Assembly: GCA_043228905.1 (NCBI GenBank)
Contig: JBHGNT010000012.1
Location: 7,006,001 to 7,070,000 of the forward strand
Reading direction: 5' to 3'
Source of the DNA: Azolla caroliniana
Taxonomy: Eukaryota; Plantae; Polypodiophyta
Length of the DNA: 64,000 bases
A program made the translations under genes and the position numbers. The notes beneath the pieces are model-generated. The model was given only the letters and a program-made list of their open reading frames with translations, was not told the DNA's origin and did not search any database. Shown piece after piece: positions 38,994 through 52,200 of the stretch (position 1 is its first letter; each line of letters starts with the position of its first letter).

Positions 38994-39046
38994 GGTTTGA
39001 ACCTTGCGCCTCCAAGTTAAGACACAATTGACTTACCATTAGGCCA
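38994..39046 (-). promoter_or_regulatory. tRNA-type Pol III A-box/B-box module in element D U3 (homologue at 24108-24161, plus strand, in element C)
   Basis: On the minus strand, TGGCCTAATGG (39046-39036) and GGTTCAAACC (39003-38994), with starts 43 nt apart. Confidence 0.65.
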
Positions 39047-42000
39047 AGTTGTTACTTGTTATACTTTTATCATTGTATTTTTCACATGTAAATGTTCATA
39101 CATTAGAGATTGAATGACGAACATGGTCATCATGCATCACATGCGATGCATGAGCACCAAATGGCAATCATGCATTGCATGCATGTCTTACACCCTCACT
39201 TGCATCATATGCATGGGGGCATCTATATAAGAAAGAAAGAAGGGGGGGATCAATCAATCGATGAATCCGTCAAGTTATGTATCAAATAACAAATTATTAA
39301 TAATAATAAACCTAGTTATTTTATTGGTGATGTGCCTTTTTTTTCTAAATTGAAGTCAAGGGTTCAAACCTAGAATTGGAGTTTCAGTCCATCTATCTAT
39401 CTACCTACACGTCAATCCACCGCACCATTGAGTCGGGTTTGGGTGCGTCTTCAACAACAAAGAACAACCCGACAATAAACCTAAAACGGCTAATTCATCT
39501 CCTCCATAACCTCTATCGGATAGAGGTTCGGTGCTTGTCCACGCTTGTGACGCACACATCGCGACGTTTGGCACATGTGTCACGCGTGACACGACAACGC
39601 GACAAAAGCTCGACCCGAAGTCGGAGAAATGTATCCTCGTAGGATACTCACTCGAACAGAAGGGGTACAAATGCTACAACCCATCTACCCAAAAAGCTCG
39701 CGTAAGTCAAGATTTCGTTTTCGACGAGTCTGCATCCTGGTACGCACCAGAAACACCTTCAACTCTAACTCTGCTCGCCCCGGAATCCGCCGAAGTGGTG
39801 ATAAAAGACGAAGATCGGCTCACACGCATGTTTGAAGAAAGCTCGATTATGACACAGCTTAGTGGACCACGAGAGCTTTTGAGTGACCAAAGCACATTTC
39901 GACCGAGTCCGAAACTCGACAAAGGGAAGGCCAAGATGTCTGAATACGAAGATCCAATCGACAACGCGTCAACTCACTCCTTTGACAGTGAGTTCGTAGG
40001 CCTAGACATCCCAATCATCCGGACAAATGGAGCTAAGAAAGCCTTAGTATCCGCAAACGAGAAGCTCAGTCGATCGACCCATGAAAAGAACCCCATAAGC
40101 CACTTCGCCTACAACAATTATATGACATACCATTACGCCTTCATGATGAAGGTAGCATCAGTACGGGATCCGGAGACATTTTTCGAAGCCACAAAGGATC
40201 CACGATGGGTCGATGCGATGCATGAGGAAATGGAAGCGTTATGCAAAAACGAGACATGGGATCTCATCCCTAACATGCTGCACAACAGCCGCAAAAGGGT
40301 GGCACCTCCACTAGATGGACATGAAAAACGCTTTCCTCCAAGGAAAATTAGAAGAGGAAGTATATATGATTCAACCACCCGGATTTGAATCGTGTAGTCA
40401 TCTGCACGACGTATGCCACCTCAAGAAGCCATTGTACGGCCTCAAACAAGCACCCCGTGCGTGGCACTCGAAGATCAAACAATATCTTCATCAGATCGGA
40501 TTTTGAATGTCAATATCTGATACTTCCCTATACATTCGAAATGAGTCGGATAGCCCGATTGTCATCATCCTTTACATGGATGATTTGGTCATCTGAGGAA
40601 CAGATCTCGCCGAGATTAACAAAGTCAAATCACTTCTCTCCGGCAAATTTGAAATGAAAGACCTGCACGAGCTCCATTACTTCCTAGGCATTGAAGTAAT
40701 TCAGACACTAATCGGAATACCGATCTCTCAATGACACTACATTCTTAACTTGCTCTACAAGTTCAGAATGACCAAATGCAAACATGTGTCCACCCCTCTC
40801 GATCGTAATCTCAAGATGGATGTTGATTCCGGCACAGCCTTGTGCGAGTCAACTCAGTATCGTCAACTAATCGGCAACTTAATCTATCTCACCATTACGC
40901 GACCTGATCTCAGTTATTTGGTCGGCCTACTTAGCCAATTCATGCAGAATCCGTGAAACCTTCACCTCGATTGCACTAAGAGGATATTATGGTATGTCCA
41001 TACTACGATGAATTACGGCATTATGTATAAGTCAAATAAGACCATTCGACTCGAAGGATACACAGCCGCGGACTAGGCATGCTACAAAGTGGATAGACGA
41101 TCCACATCCGGATCTGTCTTCTCCCTCGGCAACGGAGCAATCTCCTAGAGCAGTAAGAAGCAGCCGACAATCCCACTATCAAGCACGGAAGCAGAATACA
41201 GGGGCGCGACAGTCGCCGCTTGCGAAGCCGTATGGCTCAAGCACATCCTAAAAGATCTAGGCCTTCCCATTACAGATCCAATTCGTCTCTTCTGCAACAA
41301 CATGAGCAACATCTACCTCACTCGGAACCCCGTCTTCCACGCGTGGACTAAACACATCGAAGTGCACTACCACTTCATCCGCGAGCGCGTATTGGCCGGA
41401 GAAATCGATCTACAACATATCAGTACACACCTCCAGATTGTTGATATTTTTACGAAGGCCTTAGGAGTCGACAAGCTCGGGCAATTCGCATTGGACCTTG
41501 GTCTAACACCATCCACATTTCCGAGCTTGAGGGGGAGTATTGCAGGCGACACACGCACTGTACGAAATTGACCGAGTACACAACACGCAAATTAATCGAA
41601 CCAAGCACGAAGCGGAAAAGTGGAACTATCCAGTTTGAGGATTACGAATGACGGAAGCCGGATTCTGAAGACCGAACCGAAACAACTTTTCGACAGATGG
41701 GAGTTGTGTTCGTAGGGGCGTGTTGAGAGTCGAACTCAACTTCCCATAGTAATAGGTTTCACACTAGCTCATGGACATATCAGACTACTTTTGTAAATAG
41801 TAGAAAGGGCACTTACCCTATCTTAGTTGGTATTTAAACCAACCCCTTGTAACTTAGTTACTGTTGGAAGTATTTTGGTTAATGTAATATAAAGTCTTTT
41901 ATCTCTCTCTCTCTCTCTTTGTTTTGCCTTACCTGCATACACACACACACAATCCTTCCACTGCATCTTAGCCACTCTTGGTCCTCATTTTATTTATAGT

Positions 42001-43341
42001 AGTTGATATGGTAGAATAAGAGATAAACGAAGAAATATCATGAGGAAAACCATAACGATTAGGTGGGACTCCTGCATTACTACGAGAGGTCCTCCTAACC
42101 TCTATAGAGAAGGAGAGGAAATCATATCACCTGTGATTTCTAGGTTTGGGAGTTCTATAGGTATTTCAGAAGTCGAGCTAGGTCGGGACATGGAACTTGA
42201 TGGCACAAGTGGCACTAAAGATGTGTTCATATTTCCTTCTTTCTGCCTCCTCTTCCGTGTATACACCTTTAGCTCCCCCTCAGCTTGAGTGCCAGCACAT
42301 ATATGATGTGGGGGTCAACAAAGGAATTGATCTTATTCAGCACCCTCTCACCATTATCTCCTTCCCTCATTTTTTCAGTCTCCATTAAGTCATCAAAAGG
42401 TGAAGTTACCGCTTGTTTATAATATGGCTCAGACTCTCTGAAATGCACATTCCTGCTCAAAAATAATCTCTTCTCTACTGGACTCCAACAAACATAGCCT
42501 TTTTGTATGGCAAAGTATCCCACAAATACACATTTCACATCTCTAGGATCAAGTTTTGCTACAAATGGTCCACTTTCCTTTACAAAATACACACATCCAA
42601 ACACCTTCAAAGGAAGGATTCCGGAGTTATTCCCTTGCAACAACTCACATGGAGACTTCCACTCCAATACTCTAGAGGGCATTCTATTGATCAATGCGGC
42701 AGCTGTCACAATTGCATGTGCCCACAACTGCTTTGGGACATTCATAGAAATCATCATGCTTCTTGTTACCTCTAGAAGGTGTCAAGTTTTCCTCTCTGCT
42801 ACCCCATTTTGTGTTGGTGTATATGGGCATGTAGTTTGATGTTGTATTCCTTGATTTGAGAGGTATGCCCTAAACGTAATGTTACCATACTCTGTTCCAT
42901 TATTAGACCTCAACGCTTTTACTAATTGCACCATTTTGAGTTTGAATTGCTCTATGAAAATCTTTAAAACAAGCAAATACTTCATTCTTTTTTCTCATAA
43001 AATATAACCAAGTCACACGAGAGGAGTCAATGAAAGAGACAAAATATCTATATCCATTAATAGAACTTGTGGAACTCGGTTCCCAAACATCAGAGTGTAT
43101 TACATCAAATGCATGGGAACTCCTATGACTCTAACTAACATATGAGCTTTTAGTAAGCTTACCAAATTCCCATGCATCACAAACAAGTTTTGTTTTATTA
43201 GCCTTTTCAAAAAGGTGTGGATACACAAGACTCAAAAATCCATAAGAGTTATGTCTCATATGTTGGTGGTAAAGTATCAACAGGTCCTCATAACTCATTT
43301 TAGATCCCCTTGCATTGGTTCCCTCCACCATAGATAGCTAA

Positions 43342-43644
43342 TGTTGAATCCAACCCTTCACGATCCAAATGAGAGGAATACACGGAATATTGCTCGGCCA
43401 CAACCGAGTCTTACAATCAACCACAGAAAGATGGGAATAGGAAGAAATGCACGTATACACACAAACATTAGAGCAAGAGAAAATACACAGGATGTTTACG
43501 TGGAAAACCCTAAATGGGAAAAACCACGGGAGCCCACTAGCTCCAAACTATCAGTGTGTTTAGAAGAATACAACAGGAGGAGCACAGAGGCAACAACCTT
43601 GAGCTCTCAATCTTCGCCAACAGGCAATTACAACAGAGACTGTT

Positions 43645-43684
<40 letters not shown>

Positions 43685-46600
43685 TGTTACGCTCTGTACA
43701 GTAGTTACACAATTAACACTATGCATCAAATAATGACAACACACTCCCCAAACTGTTTGCCCTAGGTCATATTTATACTAATATGACATTTGGGCTATTT
43801 ACAAATATAGCCCCAATGGGCTAATAGAAACATATTTACATATATGTCCCTTCATCTGGCGAGAGGTTCTCATCGGGCCTACATGATCCGGTTCTCACCA
43901 AATCTTCCTTGCCGGGTACACATCATCCGGTTCTCACCGGGCCTTCATCGTCCCATTTGGAGGGACCGAAATCGTAACAAACTCCCCCTTCACTCCAGCA
44001 TGGGATGTCTCGTTAGTCTAATTCGCTTCTGTCACACGTCCAGCTTGTCGAGTGTCAGCACTTTGGTCAACATATCTGACCTGTTCTCCTCCATGTGGAT
44101 TTTCGTTAGCACGAACTCCTGATCTTCTACTCGCTCCCGGATCCAGTGGTACCTACGCTGGATGTGCTTTGTCCTAGAATGATAGGCAACGTTCTTTGCA
44201 AGGTGGATGGCACTCTGACTGTTGCACTAGAGCTGGTATTCCTCTTGTCGGATCCCTAGCTCTCTGATGAAGTCCTTCATCCACAGTATTTCGTTGTCGG
44301 CTTCCACAGCTGCCATGTACTCCACTTCCGTGGTTGACAACGCAACCGTCTTCTGCAGCCTTGACTGCCACGAAACAGCTCCCCTTGCATATGTCATGAT
44401 ATATCCGGATGTTGACTGGTTGGTATTTGCATCAGCCGACATGTCTGAATCCGTGAATCCGTGGAGTTGGGGTTTACCTGAGCCGAATCGGAGGCACATA
44501 CTCGAAGTTCCTTTCAGATACCAGAGTATCCATTTTACCGCATTCCAGTGCTCCTTGCTGGGATTGCTCATAAACCGGCTCACCACTCCGATTGCGTATC
44601 CGATATCCGGTCGGGTACACACCATTGTGTACATTAAGCTCCCGATGGCAGAGGCATATGGTATCTTCATCATATCTGCCTTCTTTGCCTTCGTCTTCGG
44701 GCTTTGCTTACCAGATAATCTGCAGTTTACCGGGAGTGTCGATCCGACCGGTTTTGCTTCTGACATGTTGAACCGTTGAAGCACCTTTGTCATGTACTTC
44801 TCCTGTGACAACCACAATTGCTTCTTCGACCAGTCCCAGATGATATGCATCCCTAGTATCTGGCTTGCCGGACCCAAGTCTTTCATTGAGAAGATTCGGT
44901 TAAGGGCGTTCTTCAGCATCCGAATCTTCGCTTGGTCCTGTCTTATGATCAACATGTAATCCACGTACAGGAGGAGTATCAGGAAGTCTCCACCTTCGAA
45001 CTTCTTCACATATACGCAGTGATCGGCATGCGTCTTGTGGTACCCTTGATCGGTCATGAAGGAGTCGAACTTCTGGTACCATTGCCGGGGAGCCTGCTTC
45101 AAGCCGTAGAGGCTCTTTTTCAACTGGCAAACCAGATGCTCCTTCCCTTTCTTCACAAATCCCTCCGGTTGCTGCATGTAGATCTCCTCTTCGAGGTCAC
45201 CGTGGAGGAACGTCTTCTTCACGTCTAACTGCTCTACCTCGAGGTCCATGCTTGTCGCTATGCTTAGCACTGTCCGGATGGAAGTCATCTTTACTAGCAG
45301 GACAAATATCTCGTCGAAGTCCACTCCCTTCTTATGCTGGAACCCCTTCACCACGATCCTGGCTTTGTAGCTTGGGGGGTTGCCGGCATCTCCCGGTTTC
45401 AACTTGTACACCCACTTGTTCCAGAGTGCCCTCTTTCCTTTCGGCAACTCCACCAATTCGTATGTGTGGTTCTCATGCAGGGAATCCATCTCGTCCTACA
45501 TGGCACTTAACCACTTGCGGTTGTGGGTGTCCTCCTTTGCTTCTTCAAAGCGTTCTGGCTCCCCCGGATCGGTTAGCAGTACATGCTCTGGATCCGGAAA
45601 TCTCCGAGGGGGCCTTCTCTCTCTGAGAGGATATTTGCGTCTTTGGTTTCTGGCAACCAGCTCCTCTGTTTGTTCTTCATCCGAATCCGATTCGGGATCT
45701 TGGCCGGTTCTGTTTCCTGGTTCCTCTTCTTCTTCTTCTTCCGGTTCGGTATCCTCACCGTAACTGGACGGTTCTTCGAGTGTCAACCGGCTCTTAGTCG
45801 GGTAGGTCTGAATCTCATCGAACCGATCCTTACCGGTTGACTTGGAGTTCATTATCTTCTTCTCCGACTCCCAGTCGGCAAGGGTCTTGTTCTCCATGAA
45901 GATAATATCTCGACTCCGGAAAACCTTCTTGTCGACTGGATCCCACACTCGGTAGCCAAACTCATCATCGCCGTATCCGAGGAATATGCAAGGCCGAGAC
46001 TTTGGATCCAACTTTGCTCTCCGGTCCTTTGCAACATGCACGAAAGCGAGACACCCGAACACCTTCATATGCCGGTAAGACACTTCCTTACCGGTCCACA
46101 CTCTCTGTGGCGTGTCTCCGTCCAAGGGTACTGAGGGTGATCTGTTTATCACGTACGTCGCTGTCGCAAGCGCCTCAACCCAAAACGTCTTGGGTAACTT
46201 TGCATGTGCTAGCATACTCCGAACCCTCTCCATTATGGTCCTGTTCATACTCTCGGCTAGCCCGTTTAGTTCTGGCATCTTCGGCACGGTAAATTCGATC
46301 CGGATTCCCTTCGAGCGGCAGTACTCCTCGAACTACCCCCGGTATTCTCCTCCGTTATATGCTCGCACCGCCTTAAGCTTCCGGCCGGTTTCTCTTTCCA
46401 CTCTTGCATGGAGCTCCTTGAAGACGGATAACACCTGATCCTTCGTTTTCAACGGTGTGGCCCATAGCTTCCGGTTGTGGTCATCTATGAATGTCACGAA
46501 GTACTATGATCCGACATGTGACTTCGTGTCCACTTGACACACATCGGTATGCACCAGCTCCAGTGGTGCATTACGTCTCATCGGTGGCCTTGATCGGAAG

Positions 46601-48330
46601 GAGGTCCGGTTTTGCTTACTGACCAAGCAATCGGTGCACCTCTCAAGATGCACTTCCTTCACCGGAATGAGGTTGTCATCAGCAAGCCCCTTCTCACTCA
46701 TGTGACACAGTCTTTTGTGCCACAGCTCATCGGCAGTGTCAGATGCTATGTTCACTTCTTCCCGGCATATCCGGGCATTCATCAAGTACAGTGTGTTGAC
46801 CTTCCGGGCTCGAGCCAGTATTAAGCTCCCTTTGCAGAACTTCATGACGCCGTTCCGGATGCTACATGTGTAACCTTCATCATCTAGCCGACCGACTGAT
46901 ATCAAGTTCAGTTGAACCTCCGGAACATGTCGGACATCCTTTAGCAGCAACTTGCATCTGGTTAATGTCGTCAACATCACATCTCCTATGCCAATAATTC
47001 GGCATGTCCCTTCATTCCCTGTCCGGACACAACCATGCTCACCGGTTGTGTAGGATGAGAAGCATTTCCGGTCCCGGGTAAGGTGGAATGACGCTCCAGA
47101 GTCGACAACCCACGTTGTCTCGTCGACGGCAAGGTTCAACTCACTCTCTTCGGTGATGAGCATCAACTCCTCTCCGCTTGCCACGATTGCCGTCGTTCCC
47201 TTCCGGTCCGGTTCTCCCCGATCCGAACCGTTTCAGTACGGTGACTTCTTCGAATCGGTATTGTCGGTTCCCTTGTCTTTCCGGAAATGCTGACAGTTCT
47301 TCTAGAAGTGCCCCGGCTTGCCGCAATAGAAGCAAGTGGGCCTCCCCCTTGACTTTGACCGTGTCCCCGACTTTTCCAGGTTTTGGGGACTTCGATTCCT
47401 TTGTCTTCCGTGTTCCGATTCGGTAAGAAGGGCTTTGGCGTCAGAGATCACCTCCTTGTCTTTCCGACGCGCCTCCTCATCTAGCAAGCTTGACTTGACT
47501 CTTGCTAGGGATAACTGTTTTCATTCCGGCCCGGCGTTGCCCAAAGTGACAACTCACGTCTCCCAGCTATCCGGGAGGGAACCGAGCAGGAGTAGAGCAA
47601 GTACCTCATCGGCGAGAGGTACTTCCAATGAGGTTTCTTGGTGAATCAGCCCCTGGAAAGAATTCATGTGCTCTGCCATACTGGAGTCGTCTTGGTACCG
47701 GAGCCTCACTAGCTTCCGAAATACCGAAACCCGATTAACAACATTTTTGTTCTGAAACATAATGCCGATCTTCTCCCAGAGCTCATGAGCCTTGCTCTCT
47801 TCATTGAAGTTGTTGTACAAGCTCATGTCAATGAAGCACCGTATGTACGCCGTTGTCTTCATGTGCATCACCTCCCATATCATGGCATCGATCTTGTTCG
47901 GTCTCTTGTCCCTGAACTGAACCAGCAACCAAAGATCTTTAACCACGAGCATGTCCGTCATCTTCGACTTCCACACTGAGTAGTTGGAGCCGGTGAGCTT
48001 GAACATGCCACCAAATGAATCTTCCATTTTCTGTGTTGTTTTGCTCTGATCCTAGATTGAGAGGAATACGCAGAATATTGCTCGGCCACAATCGAGTCTT
48101 AGGATCAACCACAAAAAGATGAAAATAGGAAGAAATGCACGTATACACAAATAGTAGAGCAAGAGAAAGTACACAGGATGTTTATGTGGAAAACCCTAAA
48201 TGGGAAAAACCATGGGAGCCCACTAGCTCCAAACTATCAATATGTCTAGAAGAATACAACAGGAAGAGCACAGAGGCAACAACCTCGTGCTCTCAATCTT
48301 CACCAACAGGCGGTTACAACAGAGATTGTT

Positions 48331-48398
<68 letters not shown>

Positions 48399-48687
48399 GC
48401 TCTGTACAGTAGTTACACCAATAACTCTATGCATCAAATAATGACAACACACTCCCCAAACTGTTTACCCTAGGTCATGTTTATACTAATATGACATTCA
48501 GGCTATTTACAAATATAGCCCCAATGGGCTAACATAAACATATTTACATATATGTCCATTCATCCGGCGAGAGGTTCTCACCGGGCCTACATCATCCGGT
48601 TCTCGCCGGGTCTTCCTTGCCGGGTACACATCATCCGGTTCTCACTAGGCCTTCATCATCCCATACGGAGGAACCGAAATCCTAACA
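43342..48687 (-). mobile_element. Element B3: older B-family Copia, degenerate
   Basis: 3' LTR 43342-43979, PPT 43981-43991, 5' LTR ~48051-48687. Gag-pol fragments at 43990-48027 are homologous to B1. The U5 end and PBS are deleted, and the flanks GCTAA/CCAAA do not form a clean TSD. Confidence 0.92.
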
Positions 48688-49251
48688 CCAAATACCATAG
48701 TCCACTATGCTATGTGCTAGTCCCAAGTCTCCGACTTGTCCTTTTCCCCTAGAATATCACCTTGGGAATATCAAAAGAAACAACACATTTTAGTTGGAGT
48801 ATGATATAACTTATGAATAATAGGTTTACTGGTAAAGAAGGAGCATGCAACACATTAGACAATGTCACAGAGTCGGTACATTTCAGTGTACTTATACCAA
48901 CTATAGGTTGTGTTGTACTGTCAGCAGTTTGAATGCTCTCTGGCATTGCTAAGTGAGTATATGAGGAGAATTCACTAGCATTACCCATCACATGCCTCGA
49001 TGCACCAGAATCAATTGTCCATTCTGGTGTAGAGGCAAGAGTATTTCTGTTGCTAGTACTTGTGGCCAAATAAGCATAGGTGGAAATGTTGCCTCTTGAC
49101 ATGAATGAAGTATCATGTACGGCTCTTTGCTTCCTCCTAAGTATTTCTAAGAGAGCTTGATCCTCTTCAACAAACACCACCTTAGTTCCTTCGTCTTCTT
49201 CTGCTCCCATCAGGTTTTCCTAGTGACCTCTTCCACCTCTTCGGCCCCCTC

Positions 49252-52200
49252 TGTAGGGAATGAACAAGGATGTCAGTGCGGAAGAGATCACACAGTATGA
49301 ATCTATGAGGAAGAAATGCCTGCGTATGAGAGAGGCAAGAACAAATTACGTACAGAGAGGGAGAGAGAGAGAGAGAGAGAGAGAGGCACAAAGAATATAT
49401 CTATATTCATAAAGGGGGCAACCGTTACAACAATGACCAACCAACCTTTACAAAAGGTTACAAAGTCACTTTATATAGTGACTCACTTAGGGCAACTGCC
49501 CTTTATGTTATTTACAGAAATAGCCCGAACTTGGGCTCTCTAAGAGGATAGTGTGAATACGTCCATTATACATTTGTATTCGACACTCCCCCATAATGGG
49601 CATATACATGGGTTATCTAAAAAATACATGTATAGGCATAGGTTCTCGGATAGGTCGGTTTTGTTCGAATCGGCATGATCCATAGACAGAAGACCGAACT
49701 GGTCGGGTCGGAAAAGCTGAAGCCAATCGTCAGTGAACCGATGTCTGTTGTCCGAAACCATCCTGCACTATGTCCGGCTTTAACCGGACCGATATGTTGT
49801 TACGCCCATCTGTTGCCGAAGAGACCGGAACCGGTCTGCCGAAAGACACTTGGTTATTCCACCTGTGACATTATCGATTGTGGATATCTTCTCTAAACCG
49901 ATTTTCCCGGAAATGACGCAGTCCCGAACGAAGTGATATCGAACTTCGATATGCTTGGAGGCGTTGTGATGAACTGGATTTTTCGACAAAGCAACAACAC
50001 TCTGACTGTTGCTGTAGACAACTGGAGCCGAGTCGGAGTCGACTTGCCGAAACGTGTGCACCAGCCGACCGAGCCATAAAGCTTCTTTCGTTGTGTCAAA
50101 GGCAGCTACATATTCTGCTTTGGTCGTTGAGGTGGCTGTGCACTCCTGAAGTTTCGACTTCCACGAGATTGCTCCATTGCCGAATTTAAAGCAATATCCG
50201 GTTGTTGACTTGCGACTGTCCACACAGTCGGCGAAGTCTGAGTCGGTGTAACCGGCTATGCCTGAAGTTGAGTTCGGACCGAAAAGGATGACGTGGTCTT
50301 TTGTGCCAGCTAAATATCTGAACACATGCTTGACTGCGTTCCAGTGAGATCGGCCGAGATTGTGCATAAATCTGCTGATGACTCCTACGACGTGAGAAAT
50401 ATCAGGCCGTGTCGCGACCATCGCGTACATCAGAGAGCCTACTGTCGGTGTATACGGTACCGACTTCATGTCTTCCCCCTCTGGACCAGATGTTGGGCAG
50501 TCTCGCTGAGAGAGCCGAAGATGAATGGGGAGTGGGGTCGAAGCAGACTTGGCCGATTGCATGTTGAAGCGTTCCAAGACACGTCCGATGTAGTCGGTTT
50601 GAGACAGAAAAAGTTGTCTTTTGGCGCGATTCCGACTAATCTTCATTCCGAGTATGTGTCTTGCCGGACCGAGGTCCTTCATGGAAAACTTCAATCACAG
50701 TTTCCGAACGAGTTCGGTGAGCTCTCTGGTATGCCGACCGGAGAGGAGCATGTCGTCCATGTAGATGATGAGGAAGACGGGAGAACCATCTTGAGTTGTT
50801 TTGGTGAAGAGGCAGTGGTCCTCATCGCTCTTGGAGAAGTCGACCGACTGGATGAAATCGTCGAACTTCTTGTACCACTGTCGGGGTGCTTGTTTCAGGC
50901 CGTAAAGACTCTTCCTGAGTCGGCAGACTAGATGTTCCTGACCGGTGGCCACAAAGCCTTTCGGCTGCTCCATGTAGATTTCCTCCTTTAGATCACTGTG
51001 GAGGAATGCCGTTTTCACATCTAGCTGAATCAACTCCAAATTGTCGGCGGCCACAACACCAAGCATGAAACGAAGGGTTGTCATTTTCACCACTAGTGAA
51101 AAGATTTCGTCGAAGTCGACACCATATTCCTGTCGAAATCCCTTCGCAACTAATCTGGCCTTGTACTTTGGGGTGGTCGAGTCAGACGTCTCCTTTAGTC
51201 TATAGACCCACTTGCAAGGAAGAGGACGTCGATTCTTCGGTAAGTCGACCAGATCCCAAGTCTTGTTGGCGCGAATGGAGTGCATTTCCGACTCCATTGC
51301 CAGATGCCAGGTGGCTAAATCGGCAGTTGCTGATGCTTCTTCGTAGGACGTCGGTTCGCCGGCGTCAGTGAAGAAAATTCCGGGAGAGTACCTCTCCGGA
51401 GGTTGTGACAGTCTCTCAGATCTTCTAGGTATGACTGGGCTGGTTGCACCGGGTGTCGATGTCGGATGGTCGGAAGCCGAGCCATTCGGCTGTGCCGAAT
51501 CTGTGGGTTCGGTGCGAGAGAAGTCGGTTACCCGTGAAACCGGTCTCGTGTTGTGTGTTGGGCCGTCATGAAGGGTTGGCACTTCGGAAAATATTACCCT
51601 TCGAACTTCAATAGGCCTTTCGGCCGTTTTGTGCATAGTCGACTCGTTGAACACGACGTCCGAACTTCGGACGATTGGCCTGTGCTCGGGGTCCCAGAGT
51701 CGGTATCTGATCTCGCCGTCGGGTCCGTACCCGAGGAAAACGCATTTCCTTGAACTCGGTTCGAGCTTTCGGCAGTCGTCTTTCGGTATGAGGGCGTATG
51801 CCTCGCAACCGAAAATCCTCAGCTTATCATAATTCGGCTTTCTGCCGGTCCATATTTCCTGAGGTATCTTAAGTCCTAGAGGTCTACTTGGCGACATATT
51901 GATTATGTGTACTGCCGTGAGTAGAGCCTCTGCCCAGAAGCCATCCGACAGTCCGAAGTGTTGGAGCATGGATACAACGCGTTCTTGAATCGTCCGATTC
52001 ATGCGTTCTGCGATTCCATTCTGCTCCGGACTATATGGTGCCGTATATTCACGTCTAATGCCGCGTTCTCGGCAAAATTTGACGAATTCATCAGATTTGA
52101 ACTCACCTCCATTGTCGGTTCGGAGACACTTCAGTTTCCGACCAGTCAGGTTTTCGACCATTGCGAGCCAATCTGAGAAGATCGAGAACACCCGATCTTT

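Larger units (their letters stand above)
36085..39596 (+). mobile_element. Element D: non-autonomous (LARD-like) Gypsy-type element with tRNA-Trp PBS
   Basis: 3' LTR 38809-39596 (TGTCGTG...CACGACA). The 5' LTR remnant ~36085-36628 lacks its first ~330 bp. PBS TGGTGAACCCGATGTGAA at 36635-36652 and PPT TGGTGGGGATGGA before 38809. No pol. Confidence 0.88.
26694..42000 (+). mobile_element. Element E: degenerate Ty1/Copia related to A (gag end 26694-27019, PR/INT 35010-36085, INT-RT-RH 39597-41540, 3' LTR from 41721). The 5' end is missing, and it hosts B2/F and D.
   Basis: Motifs CGYCGKQGHYEEEC, VWFVDSGASNHM, VIHSDVWGP, RSDGGKEY, KLDPKSEKC, LYGLKQAPRAW and KHIEVHYHFIRE. A probable LTR starts TGTTGAGAG at 41721 after AGGGGCG, but its 3' end is uncertain. 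Part of the RT N-terminus is deleted near 40300. Confidence 0.85.

Noticed and set aside
50695-50697. Programmed stop-codon readthrough in element H
   Set aside because: The stop lies inside the RT domain and is best explained by a CGA>TGA deamination.
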